A DNA stretch of 64,000 nt from Adineta vaga (Eukaryota > Animalia > Rotifera): the NCBI GenBank assembly GCA_021613535.1, contig CP075494.1, forward strand, positions 15,872,001 to 15,936,000. Reading direction: 5' to 3'. Below are positions 52,646 through 64,000 of this stretch, one piece after another. The notes under the pieces were generated by a model. That model saw nothing but the letters and a program-made list of their open reading frames with translations, was not told the origin of the DNA and did no database searches. Both the position numbers and the translations under genes were made by a program. Every line of letters begins with the position of its first letter. Position 1 is the first letter of the stretch.

Positions 52646-52899
52646 CGAGATAAAATATTCCTTGGGAAAACAAAGCAATAACTTTTGAAATGAGTGCAAT
52701 TCGTGTTCGTGTAGTTATATTGAATAAAGTTAAAAAGAAAACTGAAAAATCATTTACAGATATTTTTCTTGATGAAGAAGATCAATTTGAATAAAATAAT
52801 TATTATGAATTTATTTGTCATTTTCAACATAAGATGATTCGTATCGTTGTTTTTTATAAAATGTTCAAAGTATCGAAACATTGTATTGTTATTTTGCTC

Positions 52900-53400
52900 T
52901 TCATAGAACATCGTACGTTTCAATTTCTATAATTTCGTAATTATAATGGTTTCTTTGTTTGGAATAAAAGATGATGGATCAGTCGTAAAATTATTTGGTA
53001 ATAAAATGAGAGATTCATATTCCATGGAAATGTTTGATAAACGAGTTAAATGCATTTCCTTCTTGAAAAGAAATCGTGCAATATAATTAACATGTGCAAC
53101 GATATTTAAGATGTGAATATGCAATTTGTGTTAATGAATATTGGTTGTCGTCTCATGGCCAAATATTACTAATGCGTAAGGTTTCAAGAAAAAGGAAAAT
53201 CTCGGGTAATATATTCAAATAATTTGTTTTCAAAAGGACATCTCTCAATCATTGTTAAGTGTCGAACTTTGTGAAATGCATCGTCACCTTGAAATGAATC
53301 ATCCAAATGAAAATACTCGAAATCATATGGAATTGATGAATATATATAGCATGCACCCTCATCCTCAATGAGTTAATATTTTTTAGTTTGAAATGAAATT
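52900..53400 (-). pseudogene. Decayed fragment of an F-box/LRR-type family gene
   Basis: HLTRLSNISMEYESLILLPNNFTTDP resembles C-terminal repeats of this family; multiple stops and frameshifts. Confidence 0.35.
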
Positions 53401-53469
53401 TATTGTCTATTGAAGAAAAGTAAGTGAAATATTTCTTCACAAATGAAAATTTAACATTATTTAATAAAA

Positions 53470-56400
53470 CTAAATCCAAAGACGAAATCTTGAGATATCA
53501 ATATGATATTGACTATTTGGAAAATTTCTTTGTACCATTGAACGATAAGGTTCAACCTTTTCTTCATGAATTTCACCAAGAATTTCTAGAAAAACCAATT
53601 TATTTAATTGTTCAAATAATTCATTAAGGTCATGTTGAAAAACAAACACATGTTGATCTTAAACAAAACGAAATATTTTATACTTTTATTTTATTTTATT
53701 CTATTTCCTTACTTATTGAATCAGATGTTTGAAGAGATTTACACCATCGCAGCATCATAGTTTGTGAAAAAACTATTCTTGGTGTATAAATTGGTCGAAC
53801 TTTGAAAAAAAATAAAATGAAATTATAAATAAAAAAATTATAATAATATGAATGAACAAATAATTATTAGAAAAAATTGAACAAAATCAAATTCAAATGA
53901 TAAACAAACGCATTCGAAGTTCTCTTAGAAAAAAATATTCCATAAGGGTGAAGATGAGAGTGAGAAATGTGAATAGAGCAGATCATGAAGATGAGTATGT
54001 AGGAGATCGTTTAGCTTTTGTCCTTACCCACAGCTTCATTTTGACTATCATAATCACTCTTATTTTCGATCTTGTAATCGTGAAAGTTAAGAACTTAAGA
54101 TTTTGCTAAAAAATATAGAAGAAAAAAATTAAAATTATTGCAATTTACCCTGTAAGATATATATATATAAAGTTCAAGATTATTATACATCGAAACTAAA
54201 TCATAGACAGCGCTTTAGTTTTCCTATTTGACCATATAGTTATTAGACTTTTTTACGTCATTTTTTTTATTGAATTGTTCGATAAAACAAGTTTTCAAAG
54301 AAATTCAAATAGAGAAATATTTTTATTTCGATTGTATTATTTAAGAGATTATTATAATAAGACAAATCTGTACATACTCGATGTCCATGGAAAATCATCT
54401 GATCGCCAAAGACGTAATGTTCGTAAATAAGGCATATAAATTGAAAGAAAAGGTACAAGATTTTTACCAATATGAATATCTTCAGTTGAACCCAAATTAC
54501 AACTAGGAATAAAGAATTCAACATATTCAACACTGCTTAATGCATTTCTTCTTAATATATCAGATGCCTAAAAATAAAATAATGTAATATTGAATATTTG
54601 ATTTTGAAATTCATAATAAAATATATTTTTACATATTGTATCATATGTATGAGCCATTCAAATTCTTGTATTCGAAGACATTTCAATTGAACAGGCATCG
54701 ATATAAGATGAGCCAATAATGTTGCACGTATTTTATTTCGTTCAATTATTTCATCAGAACCTATTTTAAAAAATTTTATTAAGTTTTTAATCATTTGTCA
54801 AATAAAAACAATACTTTATGTTATGAAAAGAGAATATTTTAAATTTAAACTATACACTCTGCTGTTAGTGATTTATTTTTTCATTTATTCTAACGAAACT
54901 AATAATACAGCATATGATTTGTTCGTTAATACAAATACAAATCAAATCATCTCTCATCATTAGCTTTAAAACAAAAATTATAAGTGAAGTTTAACTGTAT
55001 AATAGACGAAATATATTTTTCATACGAATAGAAGTGTTTTCAAGATATTATAAAGTTGAATGTGATAAATATTAGAACAAAATGAAAAGAAATGGAATTT
55101 TTACTCAGATTTATAAATGTGACACCCTCAATAGACAAACTTGATTGTTCTACAGAAGTTCTCTTGACGAAATAATTTTAAATTCTACCAGCAAAAGTCA
55201 ATTTCTATAAATTTTGTGACCATTCTTCTTAGGAATATTAAATCATATCATTTAGCATCTATATTGACTTATAGACTATTGAATTAATCAACCTGATTAT
55301 ATTTATATGTTCTATGTAAACTAATTTTAACAGATATAATTCTATTATGTCATATGTATAAAGAAAAATAATGAAAATGATCTTCATACAAATACATAGA
55401 GTGGTCAGGAAGTTTTAACTATCTTTAAGAGAAAGAATCTAAGTTGTAGTTCGTCTATCATGAGCACCATCTAGTCATAGTCTTTCAGACCTTTGCTAGC
55501 TCAGTCATCTGGAACGCAGCTTTAGTACATATTGAGATGATACAAGTTTGGCTATACCAATAACCACGAAGCTTAATACAATATCTGTTTTTAAATATCA
55601 AACCCTTTGAAAAATGGATTCAACGTATGAAATTTCGTATCAAACATTTGGTATAAAAAGATTAGCGAAAAGTTTTTCTTCTACTCAATAACTGAATTAA
55701 CGAGAGAATTATGGAGGATAAATGTAACGTAAAGAAAAGATAGTAAAAATTGAACGATTATCATTAGATTTAGCTGTTTTATCTGATAAATTTAAAGGGG
55801 AGAAAAGCAAACCATAATTGCCATAAAATTCTCGGATCTTTATGGATATTCACAAATCTAGTGAAACGTCATAGATACCGATAGATTAGGGGTGTCATCG
55901 TTCCCCGTTCCATTCCTGGGAATGGGACGAATATTAAACTAACGAGTGTCCCAGAAATAATGGACCTCTCAGTACTTTTAAGATTTCTCCTCTATTATTC
56001 AAGCAATTAAATCCAAGGGGAAAACAGCAGACTCTGTGATTGCATGACTCAACCTAGCTCCTCTTGACTACATCCGACTCCAAGTTCCCTGCACACCCTC
56101 AAGATGGTATGCAAACTAGTAGATGAAACGCATATGTACATATTCCCAGAAAACGAGCTAGAAGTACAGGATTTCAATGGAAAAGGTTTCTTTTTTCCAA
56201 TGAACAACGTTTTCTATCAAAAAAAACCAAAAAAATCACTTTTGCAAATCATGGTACGATACACATGACTCTGCCTATATCACCATTACAATATGTTCGC
56301 TTCTTGGAAATCGAAAGGAAACTTTCGAGAAAACGAGAAGAAAGCATATTCTACAAAAGTCTTTTCTTAATAGCTTTATTGACATATTTGGTTTTTCTTA

Positions 56401-58487
56401 TGACTTTCAATTCTAATAAAAGAAAAACTTACCAGATCGACGACTCAAATCTGGACTAAAATCAAGTCGTGTAACATTATGTAATTGAATATTACTTAAC
56501 GATCGAGATTTGTCAATTTCAAATGACGTGATCAATGAATTCATTGTTGAAATATCAAAACGCGTATAATATTCTAAAGAAAACATGAAATAAATTCATT
56601 TTTCTCAAAAAACAATTCTAAAATCTTTTCTAATGAATATATTCTTACCTAAATTAACTTTAATGCAAAAAACATTTGGAAATAATTGATTAAATTGTCG
56701 AAGAAATGAATGAAGATTTGAATCAATATCAATCCAAATACAACGAATATTTGAATGATTAACAGATTTTGGAACATGACTATAAAATAGAATAGAATTC
56801 TTATGATTAGATTAGAAATATATTCTTACATAAAATTGTGAGTAAATTTTCTTTTATAAATTGAACAAGAACAAGAAGAAGAAAAAAGATATTGATTAGA
56901 TAAAATTGGATCAAATAAACATTTAATATTTGTCCATTGATAATTGAGAAAAGCCGGATGAATTTGAAATGAATAAATGATTTCATCACTTGTTTTCTTT
57001 ATTGATTCATATTGGGAAACAATATAAAAATGAAATTGTTTTAAATGAATGATTTCATCAGGTAAACAATATTTAGAAATAAAACTTGCATCAATTATAG
57101 AATTCCAAATAATTTCATCTGTTTTCAAATAATCAGGACTTTGAAGATGAATAGAAAGTTTTTCAATATGGTTCAAATTATTAAGTAACCATTTGAAATA
57201 AGCAAATTCTAAATTATCCAAAATATAACTTTTCAAAGTGAACAATTTTAATTTTGATACCTAAAATACAATATATACTAAGAAACATTTGTTTACAAGA
57301 AAGTCTTTTCATCATGTCAAAAGATTTCGAAAGACTTCGTTTAAAATAAACAATAGTATGACATCTCTAGTTTTTTTTCATGTTGTTATACAAAACAGAG
57401 TCGAGAATATATATAGAATGATACACATTTCTATTCTTCATCTACATGTGTTTCAATGTATATAGTGAAATCAGATGAAATTTTGAAAATAATATCTTAT
57501 TATTTCAATCATTTTTAATCGAAAAATCAACATTTTTTCTGTCAAAAAAATACATAGTTTGAGAATTCTTTAGTTCTTACTTTCTTAAACCAATTTCCAT
57601 TTGTTTCTATTAAAATGTTTATATCTGATGATGATCGTGGAAATATTTCTAATGATTGATGAAAAATGACAATTAATTCTTCAAGAAAAGGAACATAATC
57701 AATAAGATTTTCAAGAAAAAATGTATATTGAATATGAAGATGTAAATAACGAAGTTTTGGACAAAATATTTGATTTGAAATTGAAATCAAATTTGAAGAA
57801 TGTGATTTTAAACATTGATGAAATGGATAAGAATATTTATCATAAACAAAATCAAGTTTTAATGATGTTAATTGACACTCATTGGAGAATATCAGTTCAA
57901 TTATTTCTTCAAATATTTTTATTAATTTTTCTATTGTAAAAGATAATATTTATTTTATTTTAGAAAAGATTTCATTTACTTTTTTCAAATTCTATTTTTG
58001 ATAAATCATTTACATTATAAAAGAATTCAATCATATTCTTGTCAAGTAATAATGTTAATTCATCAAGTTGATATTTAATAAGAAATGATAATGTATCAAT
58101 TAAAGATTTATTTAATAAACAACGAGTTAAAATAAGTGATTGAAGATTTAAAAAACGAAAAGATTTTCTTTGATTATGATCAAATAACAATTGATTAATT
58201 AAATCATATGAATTTGAATTTGTTCCATCAAAATGAATTCGACGAATAGAAGATAAAAGTAATGATGATTGAGATATAAATGGAAAGAATTTTGTTTGAC
58301 ATTTTTCAAATGATAAACCTGGTTCAATAAACACAAGACCATTCTTTCTACTTGATAAAAATGAACATATTAATTGATCAATTCGTTTATTTAATGACCA
58401 AAAACATATTAATATATTCGACCATGATATTGAAGAAAATATAAGAAAAATAATTTCATTTGGTAAATGTTCAAATCTTGATTTCAT
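53470..58487 (-). CDS. F-box domain / LRR-like protein, about 9 exons (approx. 58487-57980, 57932-57580, 57260-56830, 56782-56650, 56574-56431, 54761-54633, 54567-54378, 53800-53713, 53657-53470)
   Basis: N-terminal SRFEHLPNEIIFLIFSSI F-box, LxxLxL repeats, DDFPWTS|IRP, terminal RFRLWI*; GT-AG junctions found for these exons, boundaries approximate. Confidence 0.75.
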
Positions 58488-59259
58488 CGTATTTTAACTA
58501 TGAAAAGAAAAAAAAGATTCCTATCTTTATAAAGATAAAAATAATCTAATAAAACATGTTTATATTTGAACGAACTCAATGAATTTTAAGTTAATCATAT
58601 ATTTTATAAACAAAAAATTATATTAAATCTATAAATATTTATACTTACGAAGTAGAAAATATCGTTTATACAAGTAGGAATAGTTTTGTTTAACAAATAT
58701 CATCAACAATAAAAATAGAATAATATTTTATTTTCTCTTCTCTCTTCTTCTTTCTTCTTATTGTATAACTTTAAACGAATTAGATGAGAAACAAAACAAA
58801 CTATATGTTGACCGATTAATATGAGAAAACATTTCATTGTTCATCTTAGTCTATTGAACATGAGAAAAAGAAAAACAGAGATAATTGTTATTTGTTTTTC
58901 TATTATTATAAATGATCATTGTTCTACTCGACTAATTCAATTTTAATATAAAAGAAAACAAAAAAAACAAAAATGCAATTTGAAAAAATAATTCTTAGAT
59001 TAAAAATTTTAATACTATACTTATAAATAATATATAAAATTAATAAAAATATATCTTTTAAAATATAAATACATTCGTATTATAATACACACATAGAAAT
59101 AAATGTTCTATGATGGTGATAATTATATTTGTTTTTATCATAAGAATCATTTGATACTTTCCTAATTTTAATATAAAATATTCTATTTGAAATATTTTGT
59201 GTCATATATAGAACATAATTTTGATCTATATACATTATAACTGAAATTATATGAAATTA

Positions 59260-60176
59260 CTAACGGAGATACCCGCTGCAAAGAAGACACAATTTACATT
59301 TTCCATCTACAGCAATACTCTTCTCATCACTCACCGAACCTCTCCGTTGGTATTTACTCGGCGTGTATAAAAAAATCCTTACATCTTCCTTTCCCAATCT
59401 TCATTAGCAAGTGTAATCCTTCAGGTCGTCACTCAGCGCGCGTTACCTGTCTTTCTCCTCCGTACTGAGACTCCTCTCATACCCGTTTCGCGTCATTCAC
59501 CAGGTCTTTTTTTCAGAACTTTTTGCATCTCTTCATTAGCTCTTCCCTAATGGTCTTGTCTCGCTATGCATACGACATACAGCTCTGTTCCTATTAAATC
59601 CACTCCTACTGTCCCGCTGCAACTCTCACCACTCGGTAGATCTGCCTATTCTCAGACGCCCGCTGCAAGTCATTCTCTAGTTTACAAACTTCACTTCGAC
59701 TCCATACAAGTAGAGTAGTCATTTCACTCCAGATTCAGTTTATTTTTGAGAACACAACCCAGGCATTGCAGTTGTCCATTTTGGATACAGACACCCACAC
59801 CCAGTGCTTCGAAGTTCCAGGGAAAAATGTGGAACTGGCAGTTTATCGACGCTGGATGAATTCTCACTAATTCTCTTTCACCCACCCCTTGGAGGTGGCA
59901 ACCCCCTCTCGACCTTTCGTGGAACTTAGGGGAGTCTTGTGAAACTTTTAGTGTCGCCAGCTATCAGTGAGATCGAAAAATTCCTATAAATCATCACCTG
60001 GATGAAATTTCACCAATCCCCCAATAACCATTCTAACCCCATGTCAACCTTCCTCTGGACCTCAAAAAGCATTGTTGAAAGTTTGGTGATTGTGGCTATT
60101 ACAGCGACTGAATGCATAGCGAACAAACAGACAGACAGACAGACAAACAAACTTTCTTCTTTATATATATAATAGA
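59260..60176 (-). mobile_element. Non-autonomous Helitron-like element
   Basis: Minus strand begins A|TCTATTATATATATAAAG, then a (GTCT)n microsatellite, and ends GCAGCGGGTATCTCCGTTAG|T (CTAG-like end at an A-T target, no TSD); internal cccgctgcaa repeats at 59272, 59613, 59659. Confidence 0.8.
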
Positions 60177-60319
60177 TTTTTGTTTTTCTTTTAATCATTA
60201 ACAAATATTTAATTATAATTCTTAAAAGAAAGTATAAAATATTTTAGATTTAGAAATAATTCGAGTTATAATATTCACAAAAAAAAGAAGAAATTTCTTT
60301 TTTATTCCCTCGACTGAAA

Positions 60320-60403
60320 GGAGGGTGTGGGTGTGTGTGGGGTGGGTGCGGGTGCAGATGTAGATATTATCTGTTCAATCGAACCCACACCCACCTTCAA
60401 GAT
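60320..60403. repeat. TGTGGG-type hairpin element (copy E)
   Basis: ggagggtgtgggtgtgtgtggggtgggtgcggg...acccacacccaccttcaagat. Confidence 0.65.
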
Positions 60404-61222
60404 GAGGATTTAAGTTTAGGGTGTCGGAGTTGGATAATCCAATTCAACTTAACCCATAAACTGAATAGAATTGTTTTGAGCTGAAGAACGTAGTTATGAT
60501 GTATGGAATTTATTTATTAGATTTTTTGAGTAGTTGTTTGATTAATAAATAGAATATTTTTTCGAATTCAATTCAATTCAATCGATATTAACTCAAAAAT
60601 TGAGTTGCTTAATTGTGCGATATATGGAGACGAAGCTGTAAGAAAACGGATACATCCTCATCGAGATAAACCCAATTTCCGGATATTGCTTTGGAATACA
60701 AAACACACAGGATTTCGTGCAAATGGCTATAACGCATCATATGCAGTTACCATGATGGAAATTTGGAAATTCTCGATTATGCCCATTATGGTAGTGAGAA
60801 CTAAATTATATAATAGGCTGTTTGGAATACAATTTTTGGATTTCCAGATATTCATCCGATATCCAAAATACATACAATTTCCAGGCAATCGCTATAACGG
60901 ATCATATGTAATGATCAAAAAGAGATTAAATTTTTAATAGTTTAAAATGAAAAATGCACTATCGAATAAATTTAGAAAAAGAGAGATTTTAAATTATTAT
61001 GAATGTATTATAGTATGTCTTTATATCAACAAAAAAAAACATTTTCTGCGTTTCCCTTTTTAACAATCATATCTTGATGGTTAAACAGAAGAGAAAAAAC
61101 TAAATTTAAAGTATAATTTTACATACAGATGGACCCGCAAGGTTTGCCAAATGTTCAATAAATACGAATGAAAAGTAATAATAACAAAACGTTTTTGTTA
61201 CTACAAGAATATTTGGAGAATA

Positions 61223-62323
61223 CAGGGCTGCCAAACCTCCTGATTTTTACCTTTTCTCCTGATTGAAAATCTCCTGAAATCAGGAGCTGATTTTCATCCT
61301 TTTCTCCTGATTTTCGCTTTCCCTTTTTGGAGATGGACAGACACCTTCTCGTTTATACAAATTTGGTGGAGAAAACGAGAAAATAATCGGAATCCAATAG
61401 ATTTTCATTAACTATTTCTGTGCGGAATGCCTTTTCTAAATCAGTTTTTAGATACATGATGTTTTTTTTGACAACAATCAGAAACAAGGTGACACATGTT
61501 TTAGCTGAAGTAGAATACCAAACTATATGAACACCCATTTGACATCTACAGTTTTATGTTTATGTGTTCACTAAATCGAATATACTCAGAGAAATTCGAT
61601 CTTCAAAGAAATATAGTCTCATTGAAAAAAGCCACCAATTTAATAGTAATTACTTAATTACATACTTTCTGTTTTATGTTTTGTTCTATATTAATCTAGA
61701 AGTTAATATTCATTTGCTAATGGAATTCTTTTATAGTTACTTTGTAATGGAAGAGTGACACGTCTGTAAAGGTATAGGTATACACTAAGGCAAAAGTTAA
61801 ATATTATTCTGATTGTCATAGAAAAGGATTTTTGCAAGAATAAATTATTTACTTGTTTAGTGGTCGCATTTCACTGATTGATCAGAAGATAAATAAAAAC
61901 AAAAGAGACCATTTAACCTAAGACTTGACTAAAGGGTAATAGAAGATAAGAAATCTGGATTTGACGATAGTTTGAAAAGAATAGGTTCTATTGTTCTGGA
62001 TAAAAAACATCTTTCTTTCTACGAAAAAATAATAATTTTTGGTAAGGATTCACCGACGAATAGTTGGAGTCGTGGAGCTCGAATATACGGTCAATTTTTT
62101 GCAAACTAGTTGAATAAAAAGTTCAGTAACAGTGAAGAACATAGATTCTACCAGAAACACTTGAGCAAGTTTTTAGATGAGCGTAACTTGTACAGTAAAA
62201 ATTATATAAACGTTCTTGAACATCTAAAGAAAACCTCCTGATTTCTGAAAAAACGTCTCTTAATAAACTCATGATTTGTTTTCAGAAATCCCTGATTTCT
62301 AAAATTTTCATTTGGCAAGCCTG
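61223..62323. mobile_element. hAT-like non-autonomous element with subterminal CCTGATTT repeats
   Basis: CAGGGCTGCCAAA ... TTTGGCAAGCCTG imperfect TIR; (ct)cctgattt repeated near both ends; no 8-bp TSD recognised. Confidence 0.6.
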
Positions 62324-62592
62324 ATCCACACCCTATCGATTGAAAAGTCTTTTTTTCAATAATTTTTATATGCGATCCAGTCTTCTAGAATCTTTTTCTA
62401 TATTAAAATATAGAACAGGTTGGTATTTCGAATAATTTAACGTCACCATACCTAGATAAAACAGATTTTATAATTATTATTTGCTTTGCAATTAACAAAA
62501 GAAAAACGGGAAATAAAAAATCTCACATTTAGTTTTCTCTTTATCATTATTAAGTATGAACACAAAACGTATACTCGATTTATTCTTATAAA

Positions 62593-64000
62593 ATGTTCGT
62601 TGAAAAAGCTCTTCTATTTTTCTCGTTAATTAATTTTGTTAATCTTCAAATTCAAATTAATCTTTATGAAACAAATTGGCCAAATAAAAATGCTGACATT
62701 CAACATGATTGTTTACATATTCTTTCTCATATTGATGTAGATATTCATCCTCGTCAAATGGTTTCATATTGTATGGGTGAATGGTCTTCTCAATATGATT
62801 TAATTGAAAATAATTTTGATAAAAAATTCACTTTTTCACAATTATCTGAACAAGAAATTACAAGTGACGAATTATATCGATGGTCAACATCAATTGATCA
62901 GATTGAAGAATATCAAGATTATTTAAATAAAAACTCATTAGAAAATCAAATTTATTATAATTGTACATTACCATATTTTGGTTCAAAATGTCAATATACA
63001 TTAGAAATATATAATCATACTTATTCAACATTAAATGAAATAATTTATGATTATTATCAGTATAATTTATATGAACCAATATCATCAACTTGTTATATTC
63101 ATTTAAAATGTGATCGTGGATCGGATTTATTATGTCTTGATTGGACTGAAATTTGTGATGGAAAAATTGATTGTATTGATACAGAACTTGATGAAAAAAA
63201 TTGTTGGATATTAGAAAATCATCAATGTAATGAAAATGAATTTCAATGTTCTTTTTATGGACAATGTATTCCATTGGAATTTTTATATGATAAATTACTT
63301 GTTCCTGATTGTCTTGATCAAACTGATAATTTAACATATACTATAGATAGGAGTTTTCGTGTAAAAAAGTACATAAGAGAACCAACATTTTTATTTGAAG
63401 ATATTTCATGTGTGAGACAAAATCTTTTAATCTGGGGTCATATTGAAACAATTACAAGTTCATGTGTTTTAGCTCGTAAAAATCTTTTATTAAATACAAT
63501 ATTTTCTATGAAATCAAATTTAACAATGGATCATTGTTTAAAAGCATTAAAATGTTCTTTTCAAAGATTAGAATTTACTACAAATGAATGTTTATTACTT
63601 TGCGATAAGAATAATGGTGATTATGGATGTTATGACTCAGTCAAAACAACATGTCCAAATTTAATATTTATTCCATTATTGCCAAGATTTCGTAGTCATA
63701 TTTATATAGTTTATGAAAAATCAAAAATTAAATTTTCATTTAGTATACCATCACCAACATATTTTTGTTATGATGATCAATCTATTAATATACCCAATGA
63801 TGGAAAAGAATTATTTAAAATTCAGAATAAAACTTGTCGTTATTTTAAAGATTCAATAAATATAAATGAAAAACTTGGATCGGAATACAATTGGTTAAAA
63901 GGATATTATATGCGAATTGAAAAATGGTTATATAAAATCAATGATAATGCAATATCTTGTGATCAATCAACAATGTATCAATGTAGAAGTTCATCAAAAT
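62593..64000 (+). CDS. Signal-peptide, EGF/LDLa-repeat receptor-like protein (5' part; runs off the window)
   Basis: ATG 62593 MFVEKALLFFSLINFVNLQIQINLYETNW..QHDCL; NCTLPYFGSKCQY (EGF-like); CLDWTEICDGKIDC..DEKNC and CNENEFQC..GQCIP (LDLa). Absent from the ORF track, presumably because it has no stop in the window. Confidence 0.85.
   Translation, partial: MFVEKALLFFSLINFVNLQIQINLYETNWPNKNADIQHDCLHILSHIDVDIHPRQMVSYCMGEWSSQYDLIENNFDKKFTFSQLSEQEITSDELYRWSTSIDQIEEYQDYLNKNSLENQIYYNCTLPYFGSKCQYTLEIYNHTYSTLNEIIYDYYQYNLYEPISSTCYIHLKCDRGSDLLCLDWTEICDGKIDCIDTELDEKNCWILENHQCNENEFQCSFYGQCIPLEFLYDKLLVPDCLDQTDNLTYTIDRSFRVKKYIREPTFLFEDISCVRQNLLIWGHIETITSSCVLARKNLLLNTIFSMKSNLTMDHCLKALKCSFQRLEFTTNECLLLCDKNNGDYGCYDSVKTTCPNLIFIPLLPRFRSHIYIVYEKSKIKFSFSIPSPTYFCYDDQSINIPNDGKELFKIQNKTCRYFKDSININEKLGSEYNWLKGYYMRIEKWLYKINDNAISCDQSTMYQCRSSSK

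Noticed and set aside
62858-63337. 159-aa minus-strand ORF
   Set aside because: Antisense shadow of the plus-strand LDLa receptor gene.

Overview
Very AT-rich eukaryotic (animal) genomic DNA with many ~50-60 nt GT-AG introns. The gene mix (single-exon 7TM receptors, NHL-repeat membrane protein, F-box/LRR-type genes, LDLa-repeat receptor, microbial-looking hydrolase/nuclease/protease, TGTGGG motifs) points to a bdelloid rotifer; this is inference, not a database result. Conserved genes: mei-P26-like TRIM-NHL, ASNA1/GET3, PALS1/MPP5-like MAGUK, CXorf65/C22orf15-like, RPB1. Mobile DNA: a 5'-truncated LINE with a 13-bp TSD and 72-bp 3'UTR repeats, an apparently intact intron-containing Sola2-like transposon, a piggyBac remnant, hAT MITEs, CCCAGGTC-ended elements and a non-autonomous Helitron. 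Most notable: (1) an ~11-kb inverted ASNA1 duplication whose decayed copy has a ~600-bp near-identical tract, suggesting gene conversion; (2) at least five short hairpin elements built from telomere-like TGTGGG/TGAGGG units; (3) two tandem hammerhead-ribozyme-like cores upstream of ASNA1; (4) possibly foreign nuclease and protease genes disrupted only by homopolymer slips or one TGA. All calls were made by eye; none demonstrates a new system.
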